64,000 nucleotides of DNA. It comes from a virus. A program made the translations under genes and the position numbers. Shown here in pieces: positions 9,329 through 17,772 of this stretch. The stretch's first letter is position 1. The number at the start of each line of letters is the position of its first letter. The stretch is from the IMG/VR virus record IMGVR_UViG_3300042503_002645, positions 32,001-96,000 of that record, one strand, 5' to 3'. Below the pieces are notes generated by a model. It was not told where the DNA came from and ran no database searches. It saw nothing but the letters and a program-made list of their open reading frames with translations.

Positions 9329-10669
9329 ATGGCACGGATGCAACGATCGCTTTTTGCGCAGCTCAACGCTTTGGCCGAAGAGATTTCACAGGGCGCTGTG
9401 AAATCTGCCGCCGACAAGAAGGCGGAAGGCCCCACCCCTGCTGATCCCGGTACCTACACTGGCACTTCTTCGCACCCGACCGCCAACGTTGACAACAACG
9501 TGCAAAAGGCGGAGACCGGCGCGCGTGCTTCGGAGTACGAAGCCGACATCAAGAAGCAGCAAGGCGCGCTTGCTGTCGACAACACTCCCGAGATGTCGTA
9601 CGAGGGGCGCCAGGACGAGGTCCAGCAGAACATCGGCACCAACGTCGCCGCCACTGGCGAAGACCCGGCTGCCGAGCGCGACTTCAAGGGCGACAAGGAC
9701 GACCCGGGCACCACGCATCCCGCCAAGACCAACGACGGCGAGAAGTACAGCTCGGTGACGTTCAAGGAAGCCCGCGACCGCGCGGCTGCTCTCGGCAACG
9801 GTATCCTCGCCGAGCTTCTCAACGCCAGCACCAAGCAGGCCGAGATGCCCGCCTTCTTGAAGGACAAGAAGAAGGAAGCTCCGGCCAAGGGTGGGCTCAA
9901 GGGCGACCAGCACAAGCTGGACGTCGATAACGACGGCAAGATCGAGGGCTCCGACCTCAAATCGCTCCGCGCTGGTAAGGAAGCATCCTTCAAGGCTGGG
10001 TATGAGCTCGCTGCGCAGCTCGGTCTGTCGAAGGAAGCCGCCGAGGCGTCTGTCCGCGAGATCTGCGCGAACACGCTCCGCGAGACTGACGAAATGGCCG
10101 ACCTTTTCATCGGTTTTGTCAGCGGCAAGTCAGCAGCGGCTGATCCGGCCGACGAGGCCGAGGAAGGCGAAGACCACTCGGCACCCGGCGATGATGCGTC
10201 CGGCGCGAGCCAGGCGGACGGCGCCGGTGGCGCTCCGGCTGACCTCGCTGGCATGATGGGCGGCGAAAGCGCACCGCCCATGGACGCCGGTGCTGAAGGC
10301 GGCGCGCCTGGCGGCGCATCGGAAGACGAAGCCATGCAAGAACTCGCCATGGCGCTTGAAGAGCTCGGCATTCCGCCCGAAGCGCTTCTCCAGGCTGTGG
10401 CTGGCGGCGCCGGTGGCGCTCCGGCTGATGCTGGCATGGGCGGCATGGGTGGCATGGGTGGCATGGGTGGCGCCCCCGCGGGTCCCGAGATGGCGCCCGA
10501 GATGGCTCCCAAGATGGCCGCGGCAAACGACCTGCGCACGATCGGCACGGCAGTCGTGAATTTCAAGCGCTCCGGCAAGTTCCAGGTCAAGGAAGCTCGC
10601 ACGAAGCGGTCGCGTCAGTTGCGCGACTTCATGAAGCAGCATGTTCTGGAACTCACTCGTTCCCGTTAA
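9329..10669 (+). CDS. Putative capsid scaffold / prohead core protein
   Basis: AAGGAG RBS before ATG 9329. Acidic and Ala/Gly/Met-rich. Contains LKGDQHKLDVDNDGKIEGSDL (EF-hand-like motif), a GGMGGMGGMGG tract and K-x-A sites. Lies between protease and capsid. Confidence 0.65.
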   Translation: MARMQRSLFAQLNALAEEISQGAVKSAADKKAEGPTPADPGTYTGTSSHPTANVDNNVQKAETGARASEYEADIKKQQGALAVDNTPEMSYEGRQDEVQQNIGTNVAATGEDPAAERDFKGDKDDPGTTHPAKTNDGEKYSSVTFKEARDRAAALGNGILAELLNASTKQAEMPAFLKDKKKEAPAKGGLKGDQHKLDVDNDGKIEGSDLKSLRAGKEASFKAGYELAAQLGLSKEAAEASVREICANTLRETDEMADLFIGFVSGKSAAADPADEAEEGEDHSAPGDDASGASQADGAGGAPADLAGMMGGESAPPMDAGAEGGAPGGASEDEAMQELAMALEELGIPPEALLQAVAGGAGGAPADAGMGGMGGMGGMGGAPAGPEMAPEMAPKMAAANDLRTIGTAVVNFKRSGKFQVKEARTKRSRQLRDFMKQHVLELTRSR

Positions 10670-10690
10670 TTCACACGGAGGTTTGAAATC

Positions 10691-11116
10691 ATGCCCGATA
10701 CCAGCAATTCGCTCGTCAAGAACATGATCGACTACATCGGTTATTCCGATGCAGCGATGACCAAGGCAGCGTCGGTTCTCAAGGAACGGGAAGAGCAAGC
10801 TGAGAAGCTGGCTCACCTAATTCCCGAGGCCGTCAAGGTCTGTCTCGAAAACGAGCGAATCGAGCCGCAGCAAAAGGAGGCCCTTGCGAAGGCCCTCGAA
10901 AACCCGGTGCGCGCGGTGGAACTCGTGATCAAGCTCGCGGCGCATCGCAACGCCGCTGAGATGGCACGCCTGGGTACGCCGGTGGCTTCCAAGTCCGCCA
11001 GCTACGACCCGTCGAACAGCCTGACGAGCGGGTATGTGGGCGCTCGTGACGGCAAGCTCAAGGCCTCGGACGCAGCGTTGTTCCGCGGCCTTGGGCTGAA
11101 TGTGCCCACTACCTGA
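10691..11116 (+). CDS. Hypothetical head-module protein (141 aa)
   Basis: GGAGG RBS; KAAS, KLAA and KSAS motifs. Confidence 0.72.
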   Translation: MPDTSNSLVKNMIDYIGYSDAAMTKAASVLKEREEQAEKLAHLIPEAVKVCLENERIEPQQKEALAKALENPVRAVELVIKLAAHRNAAEMARLGTPVASKSASYDPSNSLTSGYVGARDGKLKASDAALFRGLGLNVPTT

Positions 11117-11145
11117 TTTCACTCGGTCCTGTGATTCCAACGAAA

Positions 11146-11161
11146 AAGACATGGAGGTCTT
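11146..11161 (+). promoter_or_regulatory. CsrA/Rsm-type operator hairpin over the RBS (AAGAC-ATGGAG-GTCTT)
   Basis: Perfect 5-bp stem with an ANGGAN loop, 3 nt before ATG 11165. Confidence 0.65.
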
Positions 11162-11164
11162 AAC

Positions 11165-11713
11165 ATGGCAACTGCTCCCAATCTGATCACCGAGAAGGGG
11201 CTCGACGTCAAGAAGGGCTGGTTCCAGATGGCCGCCCTCGACTATGACGCCAAGCTCAGCTCGGCTGTCACTTTCGACGTGCCGCGCGGTCGCGTGGTCC
11301 ACGTCGATTCTTCGGGTGATTTCCGGCCCGGTGCACACAACACCGGCGTGGCGATCTTCTTGCTCAACGGCTCCGCCGAAGCGGACGTCAGCAACCCCGG
11401 CACCACGGCTTCTGGCAACTTCATGCACCGGGCCATCGCCCCGACCGGCAAGATGAGCGGCCTCGTGGCGACTGGCGGTTACGAGATTGCGTCGACCGAG
11501 TTCGACTCGGCGCGCAGCTACACCCCGGGTGATCTTCTCACCGCCGTGGCTTCGAATTCGAACGCCACGACCGGTGGTCGACTCACGAACGAGTCGGTCG
11601 AGCAGTTTGTGACGCCGGTGGTCGGTGTCGTGTCGTCCGGTAAGGCCAAGAACCACAACGGGGTCTACGCGCTGTCCTTCTGGACGGCGTGGCTCCCGGG
11701 CGCGGCCGCCTGA
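11165..11713 (+). CDS. Putative capsid decoration/cement protein (182 aa)
   Basis: Immediately upstream of the major capsid gene, strong RBS, beta-rich (YTPGDLLT...GRLT, VVGVV). Confidence 0.6.
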   Translation: MATAPNLITEKGLDVKKGWFQMAALDYDAKLSSAVTFDVPRGRVVHVDSSGDFRPGAHNTGVAIFLLNGSAEADVSNPGTTASGNFMHRAIAPTGKMSGLVATGGYEIASTEFDSARSYTPGDLLTAVASNSNATTGGRLTNESVEQFVTPVVGVVSSGKAKNHNGVYALSFWTAWLPGAAA

Positions 11714-11733
11714 GTCATTTTCTAGTCACACCC

Positions 11734-11749
11734 GGAACATGGAGGTTCC
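11734..11749 (+). promoter_or_regulatory. CsrA/Rsm-type operator hairpin over the major capsid RBS (GGAAC-ATGGAG-GTTCC)
   Basis: Perfect 5-bp stem with an ANGGAN hexaloop, 4 nt before ATG 11754. Confidence 0.68.
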
Positions 11750-11753
11750 ATAA

Positions 11754-12680
11754 ATGCCCACTCAGCAAGAAATCCAGCTGCTCAACGAGACTCTCTTCGA
11801 GCAGCTCGATACCCCCGGCATGCAGAAGCAGGCCGTTGATGCAGTGAACGACTTCACGCGCACCAAGATGCGTGAAGACGGGTTCTACCGGCGGATCATG
11901 CCGCCGCTCACCATCACCAATGACGAGCTCGACCGCCAGGTCGATACCGACAAGCCGGTGAAGGTGGTCGACAAGGAACCCGATTCTCCGGCGGCCGTGT
12001 CGCTTCCGTTTGCGACGCTCCCGATCAACTTCTACATCCGTGGCCCGCGCTACCGCGTCATGTTTGACCGGATCGTGTCGCCCCGCGCTGTGAAGGACGT
12101 CGACGAGCTCCGCACCTACGTGATCGACATCCGGCAGGTCCTTTCCGACAACATGATCAAGGACATGTTGGCGGAAGAGGACTCCAAGTTCATCGCCGCA
12201 TTCAACGCCGTCCTCCCGACTCCGGGTGTGGCGAACGTTGCGTCGGGCGAAGTTCAGTACGAGGAGATCCACGGCGGCATCACGCGTGAGACGATCGTCG
12301 ACGCGCTGAAGGTCATGCCGCGGACGCCCTCGCACTTCGAGGTCGAGACCTGCCTGGTGAACAACATCACCATCAAGGAGCTGCTGAAGTTCGGCCGCGA
12401 CGAGATGGGCGGTGACTTCTCCCAGGACATCATCAAGAACGGCTGGGCGGAGACCAACTTCCTCAACTGCCGCTGGATTGTCACGATCAAGCGGAACTTG
12501 GTCCCCGACGATTCGATGTTCATGTTCGCGTCGCCGAAGTTCATCGGCAAGAACTACGAGCTCGAACCGACCACGATGTACATCCGTCGTGAGGCGTTCA
12601 TGCTCGAGTACTTCGCGTACAACACGCAGGGTGGCTCGTTCGGTCACACGAACGGTCTCGCCCGCGTCGATTTCAAGTGA
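11754..12680 (+). CDS. Major capsid protein (probable HK97 fold, 308 aa)
   Basis: Follows protease, scaffold and decoration genes. Strongly biased codon usage. REDGFYRRIMPP E-loop-like segment and C-terminal GLARVDF. Followed by a stem-loop. Confidence 0.75.
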   Translation: MPTQQEIQLLNETLFEQLDTPGMQKQAVDAVNDFTRTKMREDGFYRRIMPPLTITNDELDRQVDTDKPVKVVDKEPDSPAAVSLPFATLPINFYIRGPRYRVMFDRIVSPRAVKDVDELRTYVIDIRQVLSDNMIKDMLAEEDSKFIAAFNAVLPTPGVANVASGEVQYEEIHGGITRETIVDALKVMPRTPSHFEVETCLVNNITIKELLKFGRDEMGGDFSQDIIKNGWAETNFLNCRWIVTIKRNLVPDDSMFMFASPKFIGKNYELEPTTMYIRREAFMLEYFAYNTQGGSFGHTNGLARVDFK

Positions 12681-12698
12681 TGATGTGAAACTTGGGAC

Positions 12699-12731
12699 GG
12701 GAGGCGGGCGCGTTGTAAACGCCCGCCTCCC
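12699..12731 (+). terminator. 12-bp GC-rich stem-loop after the capsid gene (attenuator or mRNA stabiliser; no U-tract)
   Basis: GGGAGGCGGGCG-cgttgtaaa-CGCCCGCCTCCC. Confidence 0.6.
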
Positions 12732-12754
12732 AACCCATCAAGAGGAGAGCACTC

Positions 12755-13150
12755 ATGGATCAGGTTAAGGTTGCGGCGGATCAGGCTTACGGGACGATCG
12801 TTTCGGAGCTTGCCGCGCCGTATTTCTTCGAGAAGCTCGCTGCCCACGGCATTCAGCCGCGGTCCGAGAAGGAAGCCGCTGACATGTGGGCTGCTGCCAC
12901 GAAGCTCCACGTGCTCTTTGCAGCGGAACAGGAAAAGGTCGCGGCTGCAAGCGCTACGAACATGGCGGCTGTTAACAGCCGTCTGGACGAGATGCTCGCT
13001 GCCGCTGGTTACGGCGAAGCTCCCGGAGCCGAAAAGTCGGCATCCGCGTTCGTCCACGCCGGAAACATCGCTGCCGAACAGCCCGAAATCGCCAAGGCCG
13101 TTCTGACGCTGCAGGCTGCTGCGGCGGCGGCGATGCAGAACGCCGAGTGA
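12755..13150 (+). CDS. Hypothetical head-module protein (131 aa)
   Basis: GAGGAG RBS; KVAA, EKLAA, KEAA and EKSAS motifs. Confidence 0.75.
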   Translation: MDQVKVAADQAYGTIVSELAAPYFFEKLAAHGIQPRSEKEAADMWAAATKLHVLFAAEQEKVAAASATNMAAVNSRLDEMLAAAGYGEAPGAEKSASAFVHAGNIAAEQPEIAKAVLTLQAAAAAAMQNAE

Positions 13151-13168
13151 ACAGAAAGAGAGTGAAAC

Positions 13169-13534
13169 ATGCCATACGCCCCTGTGACCACCGGCCTCTA
13201 TACGACGGTTGAAAACACCTCCGGCTCTGACAAGGTGTTCGGCTTTCTCGGCACGCACGGCAAGCGACTCGAGGCCAATGAGACCTACACGGTCCCTGGC
13301 GACCTCGTTTCGAAGCTCGGCGCGCAGCGGAGCCAGCGAAAGTTCAAGGCGTTGGAGTCGGCGCTGCAGACTGGCGATCTCAAGATCGTCAGCTCGCCCG
13401 CCGTCTACCTCTACGACGCAACGGACGAAGTGACCCGCGAACTCAGCATCGACAACGGCGTGATCGGCACGGTCGACCCCCAGTGGGATCCGACCGGCAC
13501 CGGCACGAGCGACTTCGTCGACAACGACGGCTGA
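13169..13534 (+). CDS. Hypothetical virion protein (121 aa)
   Basis: Clean ORF with structural-gene codon bias. Confidence 0.72.
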   Translation: MPYAPVTTGLYTTVENTSGSDKVFGFLGTHGKRLEANETYTVPGDLVSKLGAQRSQRKFKALESALQTGDLKIVSSPAVYLYDATDEVTRELSIDNGVIGTVDPQWDPTGTGTSDFVDNDG

Positions 13535-13563
13535 TCGCGCGTTTCAACCATCGGGACGTTCCA

Positions 13564-13599
13564 GAGGAAGGCTGGCTGCGCAAGCGGCCAGCCTTCTTC
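13564..13599 (+). terminator. Stem-loop with a GCAA (GNRA) tetraloop ending the head operon
   Basis: GAGGAAGGCTGGCTGC-GCAA-GCGGCCAGCCTTCTTC. Confidence 0.65.
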
Positions 13600-13615
13600 G
13601 CTATGAGGACCGAAA

Positions 13616-13672
13616 ATGCGCACGCTCATCACCCTTGTCGTTTTCCTGTACGCCGCCTTCTACGCGAGGTGA
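13616..13672 (+). CDS. Putative 18-aa hydrophobic micropeptide MRTLITLVVFLYAAFYAR
   Basis: GAGG upstream. Fills the gap between the stem-loop and the next gene, and its end overlaps that gene's RBS. Confidence 0.35.
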   Translation: MRTLITLVVFLYAAFYAR

Positions 13673-13675
13673 GTC

Positions 13676-14692
13676 ATGGTCGTCATCGCCACGCCGAGCC
13701 CGTATCCGCAGGTACCGGTCCCGGACCCGCAGATCTCCAACGGGCAGCTTAACCCGGTTCCTTGCGCCACGCAGAACGTCATCAGCGCGCCCGTGTCGAC
13801 AGTGAACGGCGCCCCAGTCTACGGCCGGATGCGCGCCGTCACGTTCACGCAAGGCCAGTGCGGCGTCGTCGAGTGGCAGCTACACGACAAGGACGGGCAT
13901 CCGGTCAACCTGGAAAGCTGCGGGCTCACTGACGGCTCGCTGAGCGTGCCGGACGCGGAGTTTAGGGTCGTGCTGCGCCTCAAAGAGCAGCTCAGCATCG
14001 GAAACGCCAGGCGACCCATTGAAGTCGAGGCGCAGGTCATAGACGCGTCCGAGGGGCGTGTACAGGCCGAGATCACCAAGGGAATGACCGACCTGCCGGG
14101 TGTCTATTACGGCGAAATGGCCCTGGTGAGCGCCCAGGCCGAGGCAGCCGGACAGCCCTGTGTGATCTTCGGCAACACCTTTTCGGTGATCGTCAACCGC
14201 GGCACCTTCGGCCCGCTGGGGCAGGAAGGTGGTCCGCCGTCGATCGCCGAGATCCGCCTCCATCTTCGCGACAGCGCGCCCGGGGAGAGCTTCCTGCTCG
14301 ACAACCTGATGTTCGACGACGCGGAGATCGCGCTGGCCATCGCGCGGCCGATCATGTACTGGAACGAAACCCCGCCGCCGCTCGACGAGGTGTACAACAC
14401 CCAGAACTTCCCCTTCCGGTACCACTGGCTTGAGGGAATCTGCGCAAACTTGTTCCTGATGGTCGCCGAGCAGTTCCGCCGCAACGATTTCCAGTATTCG
14501 GCTGCGGGCCTGCAGATCAATGACCAGAACAAGGCCCAGGCCTACGAGCAGGCCGGGCAGACGCGTTGGCAGGCTTACCGGGAGTGGGTTCGGGCCACCA
14601 AGGCCACGATCAACCTCGAGAGTTGCTACGGCGAGGTCACGAGTACCTACAAGTACTCGGCCTACACCAGCGGCGCCCGGATGCGCTACTAA
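13676..14692 (+). CDS. Putative head-tail adaptor/neck protein (338 aa)
   Basis: Post-capsid position. N-terminal BppU-like beta domain (GRVQAEIT...PGVYYGE) and C-terminal FDDAEIALAI...WNETPP adaptor-like helices. Confidence 0.55.
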   Translation: MVVIATPSPYPQVPVPDPQISNGQLNPVPCATQNVISAPVSTVNGAPVYGRMRAVTFTQGQCGVVEWQLHDKDGHPVNLESCGLTDGSLSVPDAEFRVVLRLKEQLSIGNARRPIEVEAQVIDASEGRVQAEITKGMTDLPGVYYGEMALVSAQAEAAGQPCVIFGNTFSVIVNRGTFGPLGQEGGPPSIAEIRLHLRDSAPGESFLLDNLMFDDAEIALAIARPIMYWNETPPPLDEVYNTQNFPFRYHWLEGICANLFLMVAEQFRRNDFQYSAAGLQINDQNKAQAYEQAGQTRWQAYREWVRATKATINLESCYGEVTSTYKYSAYTSGARMRY

Positions 14693-14696
14693 AAAG

Positions 14697-14722
14697 TGCC
14701 AGAAACGCGGGCATATTAAGTG
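14697..14722 (+). promoter_or_regulatory. Putative phage promoter motif, copy 1 (TGCCAGAAACGCGGGCATATTAAGTG)
   Basis: 21/26 identical to 54073-54098. Both copies are intergenic and precede small non-structural genes. Confidence 0.6.
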
Positions 14723-14872
14723 CCCACTGTTTTACCGTCAGGGGCCTTCCGCTTCGCATTTTGGCGCGTTAGATTCACGCCATTCTGTGAAATCGGAGGT
14801 TAGATATCTTTGACGCTCCGTGGTAGGCGTCGCGCGCTGGGCGCTCCCCAGCCCCCTGTGAAGGAGGCATCC

Positions 14873-15157
14873 GTGCCTGCGGTGCTCATAAACAAGGAGA
14901 CTGCGCTGGCCGTCAAGGCGGCGCGGCGCATCAACGAGTCGACAAAAGGCGAACTCGTGACGATAGCTCGACAAAAGGCCGCGACCGACACGCTCGAGGA
15001 GGTAGGCGCGGGTCTGGCGGGCGCCATTCGCCTCGTTTACGCGCCAGCGGTCGTGCTCGCCCCGCCGCCGATCGTGACGATGCTGAATGCGTTCATGGCA
15101 AAAGTCGATTGGGAGATTGTCGCCGAGAAGCTCGTCATTCGCCCGGAGGACAACTGA
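14873..15157 (+). CDS. Small hypothetical protein with a C-terminal VDWxxVA motif
   Basis: AAGGAGG RBS before GTG 14873; contains KVDWEIVAEKL. Confidence 0.65.
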   Translation: MPAVLINKETALAVKAARRINESTKGELVTIARQKAATDTLEEVGAGLAGAIRLVYAPAVVLAPPPIVTMLNAFMAKVDWEIVAEKLVIRPEDN

Positions 15158-15435
15158 TGGCCGCAGCTAAGCTAAACGAGATGTCGATGATTGTCCTGAA
15201 CTGGATCCGCGAGATGGACGAGGAGCCGGGCGGCACACTCCGCGAGATCGCTGAAAGCGCGGGCGTGACCGAAGACCCCGAACGGCTGGGGCAAAGAATG
15301 AAAGAAGCCCTCATGCTGTTCAATTTGCCGTTTCAGGCGATTGCCCCGGCGTTTCTCAAAGACGCCACCGCGTACTGCCTTGAGCAGGTCGATTGGACGG
15401 GCGTGGCGCGCCAGCGCATGGCGGAGACCGCCTGA
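15157..15435 (+). CDS. Small hypothetical protein, apparent paralog of the preceding gene
   Basis: TGATG coupling, GGAGG RBS; contains QVDWTGVARQRM. Confidence 0.68.
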   Translation: MAAAKLNEMSMIVLNWIREMDEEPGGTLREIAESAGVTEDPERLGQRMKEALMLFNLPFQAIAPAFLKDATAYCLEQVDWTGVARQRMAETA

Positions 15436-15456
15436 TTGCTCGCCCTATCACGGAAA

Positions 15457-15497
15457 GCGCTGGCGCCGCCCTTCGGGGCGGTGTCAGCGTCTTTCTT
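15457..15497 (+). terminator. Rho-independent terminator with a cUUCGg tetraloop
   Basis: GCGCTGGCGCCGCCC-TTCG-GGGCGGTGTCAGCGT followed by CTTTCTT. Confidence 0.75.
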
Positions 15498-15529
15498 AGA
15501 TATCAGCGCTCCCCGGATACAATAATGCT

Positions 15530-16786
15530 ATGTCGAGCTTCAAGCGCCTATTCCCGTTCCGCCAGGTTTCCGTGGACCACATGGTTCGCGGCGTGACCCG
15601 CGTCTGGTGGCAGCTCGAGCCCGCTTTCAATGACCCGGGGCCGCACGTCTTTCAGCTCCAGTACGGCAACACCCCGCTGAACGACACGACTGATTGGCGC
15701 AATGTCGGCAGCCCGATCACCGACGGCTATGTGGCCTACGACGACGTCTGGCGCGCCGCAGGGGGCGATCTGGTAACGCATTACCGGCTGACCCTGACAA
15801 CCCCCAAGGACGTCTACATCAGCGCGCCGGTGAACTGCTTTGGCGAGCTGGCCGAGCGCGACTGGAACATTGCCCGGGAGATCATCCGCAAGGAACAGCT
15901 CCGTCACCGGTACGTCTCAGTTTCGGGCTACCTGATCAAGCCGTATCGTTTCGGCCGCCCCTGTACGCGCTGCCGCGATCAGCTGACCGGCGAAGTTCTG
16001 GATTCGAACTGCCCGGTCTGCTCGGGCACCGGCTTCGAAGTGGGTTATCACCCGGCGCTGCCACTCCAGTGCTGGGACGTCGAGCCGTACACCATCGAGG
16101 AAGACCAGGACGTTAACGCCCTGGGCACAACCCGGTCGAAGCACATGACCAAGGCCCGGGTGGTCGGCTTTCCGACGCTCAACACCAACGACATCTGGGT
16201 CAACGGCACAAGCGACGAGCGCTGGATTATTCACTCGATCAAGGTGGCTGCGGCGATCCGGGGCGTGCCGCTGATTTATGAAGTCGAGATGGGCTTGGTG
16301 CCGCTGACCAACGCTATCTACGCCCTCGAGGTCGGCGGCGAGCCCCCGGAACGACCGGGCCCCACGCTGCCAATCGTCGGCTGCGGCTCGGTGACCATCG
16401 ACCACAATTACGGCGGCGTTGATAACCTGGCCTACCTCGACGCTACCGGGTATCCCGTGGTGGGCGCCGCGGTGTACCTGTTTCCCAAAGATATCTTTGA
16501 GGCCGCCACGCCTGCGCTGCCTAACCGCGAGCTTGCCGTTGCCGGAACGTTTACACGCACCAATGGGCGCTGGCAGGACGCCGTGCGTGTGCCGCCTGGC
16601 GAATATGTTGTGCTGTACGAATACCCCGGCGCATGGGGCCCGGACCACGAGCACATTACAGCCGTCGAATCTGATGAGGGCAGTTCACAAGCCTGGCTGC
16701 CGATGATGGCCCCGCCGCCGGTGTCGCGGTGCAAACCCCGTAACACCGCCTCCCAGCGCTCCGACAATGATTTTTGGAACTTCTAG
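15530..16786 (+). CDS. Putative neck/head-closure protein with a CxxC...CPVCxGTG zinc finger
   Basis: CTRC...CPVCSGTG. Lies between adaptor and tail terminator. No SD, and GATACAAT ends 6 nt before the ATG (possibly leaderless). Confidence 0.55.
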   Translation: MSSFKRLFPFRQVSVDHMVRGVTRVWWQLEPAFNDPGPHVFQLQYGNTPLNDTTDWRNVGSPITDGYVAYDDVWRAAGGDLVTHYRLTLTTPKDVYISAPVNCFGELAERDWNIAREIIRKEQLRHRYVSVSGYLIKPYRFGRPCTRCRDQLTGEVLDSNCPVCSGTGFEVGYHPALPLQCWDVEPYTIEEDQDVNALGTTRSKHMTKARVVGFPTLNTNDIWVNGTSDERWIIHSIKVAAAIRGVPLIYEVEMGLVPLTNAIYALEVGGEPPERPGPTLPIVGCGSVTIDHNYGGVDNLAYLDATGYPVVGAAVYLFPKDIFEAATPALPNRELAVAGTFTRTNGRWQDAVRVPPGEYVVLYEYPGAWGPDHEHITAVESDEGSSQAWLPMMAPPPVSRCKPRNTASQRSDNDFWNF

Positions 16787-16825
16787 CGCCGCCCGATAGC
16801 GCCTGCCGAGTTAACCGGGTATCGT

Positions 16826-16990
16826 ATGGATAAAGACAAAGCGAAAAAGCTCCGCCTGCAGCCGCCACGGATGGCGATGCACCATAAGCCGATACGCATG
16901 CTTCCGGTCATGAAGTTGCCGGAACCCGACGCAGCAAAGGATGGCTTGCGTGAGTACTTGCGACGACACGCCAAACCCGCCGGAAATTGA
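16826..16990 (+). CDS. Small basic hypothetical protein (54 aa, MDKDKAKKLRLQPPRM...)
   Basis: Fills the intergenic gap; below the ORF-track length cutoff. Confidence 0.35.
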   Translation: MDKDKAKKLRLQPPRMAMHHKPIRMLPVMKLPEPDAAKDGLREYLRRHAKPAGN

Positions 16991-17663
16991 GGCGCTGTAC
17001 CCTGAAGGGAGCACGCCGGAGCCGCGCCTGGACAAGGTGAGCGCGCTGTGCTCCTACGGCATGCGGCCGCACGTTATGACCGGCCTGCTGCGGCAGCTGT
17101 TGCTGGCGCATTTCTCCGACCCGGAGAACATCGAGGAACCGCGTGTGCGCCGCCAGCTCGAGCAGATCGGCATGTGGCGCCCCAGCGATAACGGTTTGAA
17201 CGCCGGTGGTATTTTGATAGAAAGTATCACACGCTGGCAGCCCGCAACTGCCGATAAGCGCCCGGCCATTCTGCTCCGCAGAAACGGCTGGCGCTGGCAG
17301 CGGCAAGGTATCGGCGACAAGGCACAAACGAACGCGTACGAGGGGTCGACGCACTACGCCGGGTTGTGGGAAGGCAGCCATACGCTGTTCTGCCTGTGCC
17401 CCAGCGGCGCCGAAACTGAGTTGCTGGCCACGGAGGTCGTTAAGTTTTTACACTCCTTCGCGCCCTGGATTCGCGAGCAAATGAACCTTTTCCGGTTCTT
17501 TGTCAGCGAAGTTGGCGGGGTCAGCGAAGTTCAAGAAGCGTTGCAGGGCTACGCCGTACCTGTAACCGTTGCATACATGGCCGAGGAAGCCTGGCAGCTC
17601 CAGCCGTATGCGCCGCGCCTCAAGCGGATTGTCTTTAAGGCGACTGACCTGTTGTCGTACTAA
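16941..17663 (+). CDS. Putative tail completion/terminator protein
   Basis: Directly upstream of the sheath; KRPAILLRR motif. True start may be GTG 16950. Confidence 0.55.
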   Translation: MACVSTCDDTPNPPEIEALYPEGSTPEPRLDKVSALCSYGMRPHVMTGLLRQLLLAHFSDPENIEEPRVRRQLEQIGMWRPSDNGLNAGGILIESITRWQPATADKRPAILLRRNGWRWQRQGIGDKAQTNAYEGSTHYAGLWEGSHTLFCLCPSGAETELLATEVVKFLHSFAPWIREQMNLFRFFVSEVGGVSEVQEALQGYAVPVTVAYMAEEAWQLQPYAPRLKRIVFKATDLLSY

Positions 17664-17751
17664 GGAAAATTCACACACCGTGTCGTGACAACTGATTTTT
17701 TTTGATCACGTTGCGTGGGTTATACTGAGCCCGTCGCACCGTTCACGACAT

Positions 17752-17769
17752 TTAGGCATGGAGGCCTGA
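17752..17769 (+). promoter_or_regulatory. CsrA/Rsm-type operator hairpin over the tail sheath RBS (TTAGGC-ATGGAG-GCCTGA)
   Basis: 6-bp stem (one G-U) with an ANGGAN loop, 3 nt before ATG 17773. Confidence 0.65.
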
Positions 17770-17772
17770 CGC

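Noticed and set aside
10220-10430. Direct repeat GGCGCCGGTGGCGCTCCGGCTGA twice in the scaffold gene
   Set aside because: Encodes a repeated GAGGAPAD low-complexity peptide. No sign of an att site or mobile element.
11754-12680. Encapsulin or contractile injection system instead of a phage
   Set aside because: Protease, scaffold, neck, tape measure, RNAP and typical small phage genes together indicate a tailed phage.
14731-14827. tRNA in the intergenic region
   Set aside because: Folds as a rod, with no cloverleaf, TTCRA T-loop or CCA end. No tRNA was recognised anywhere in the window.
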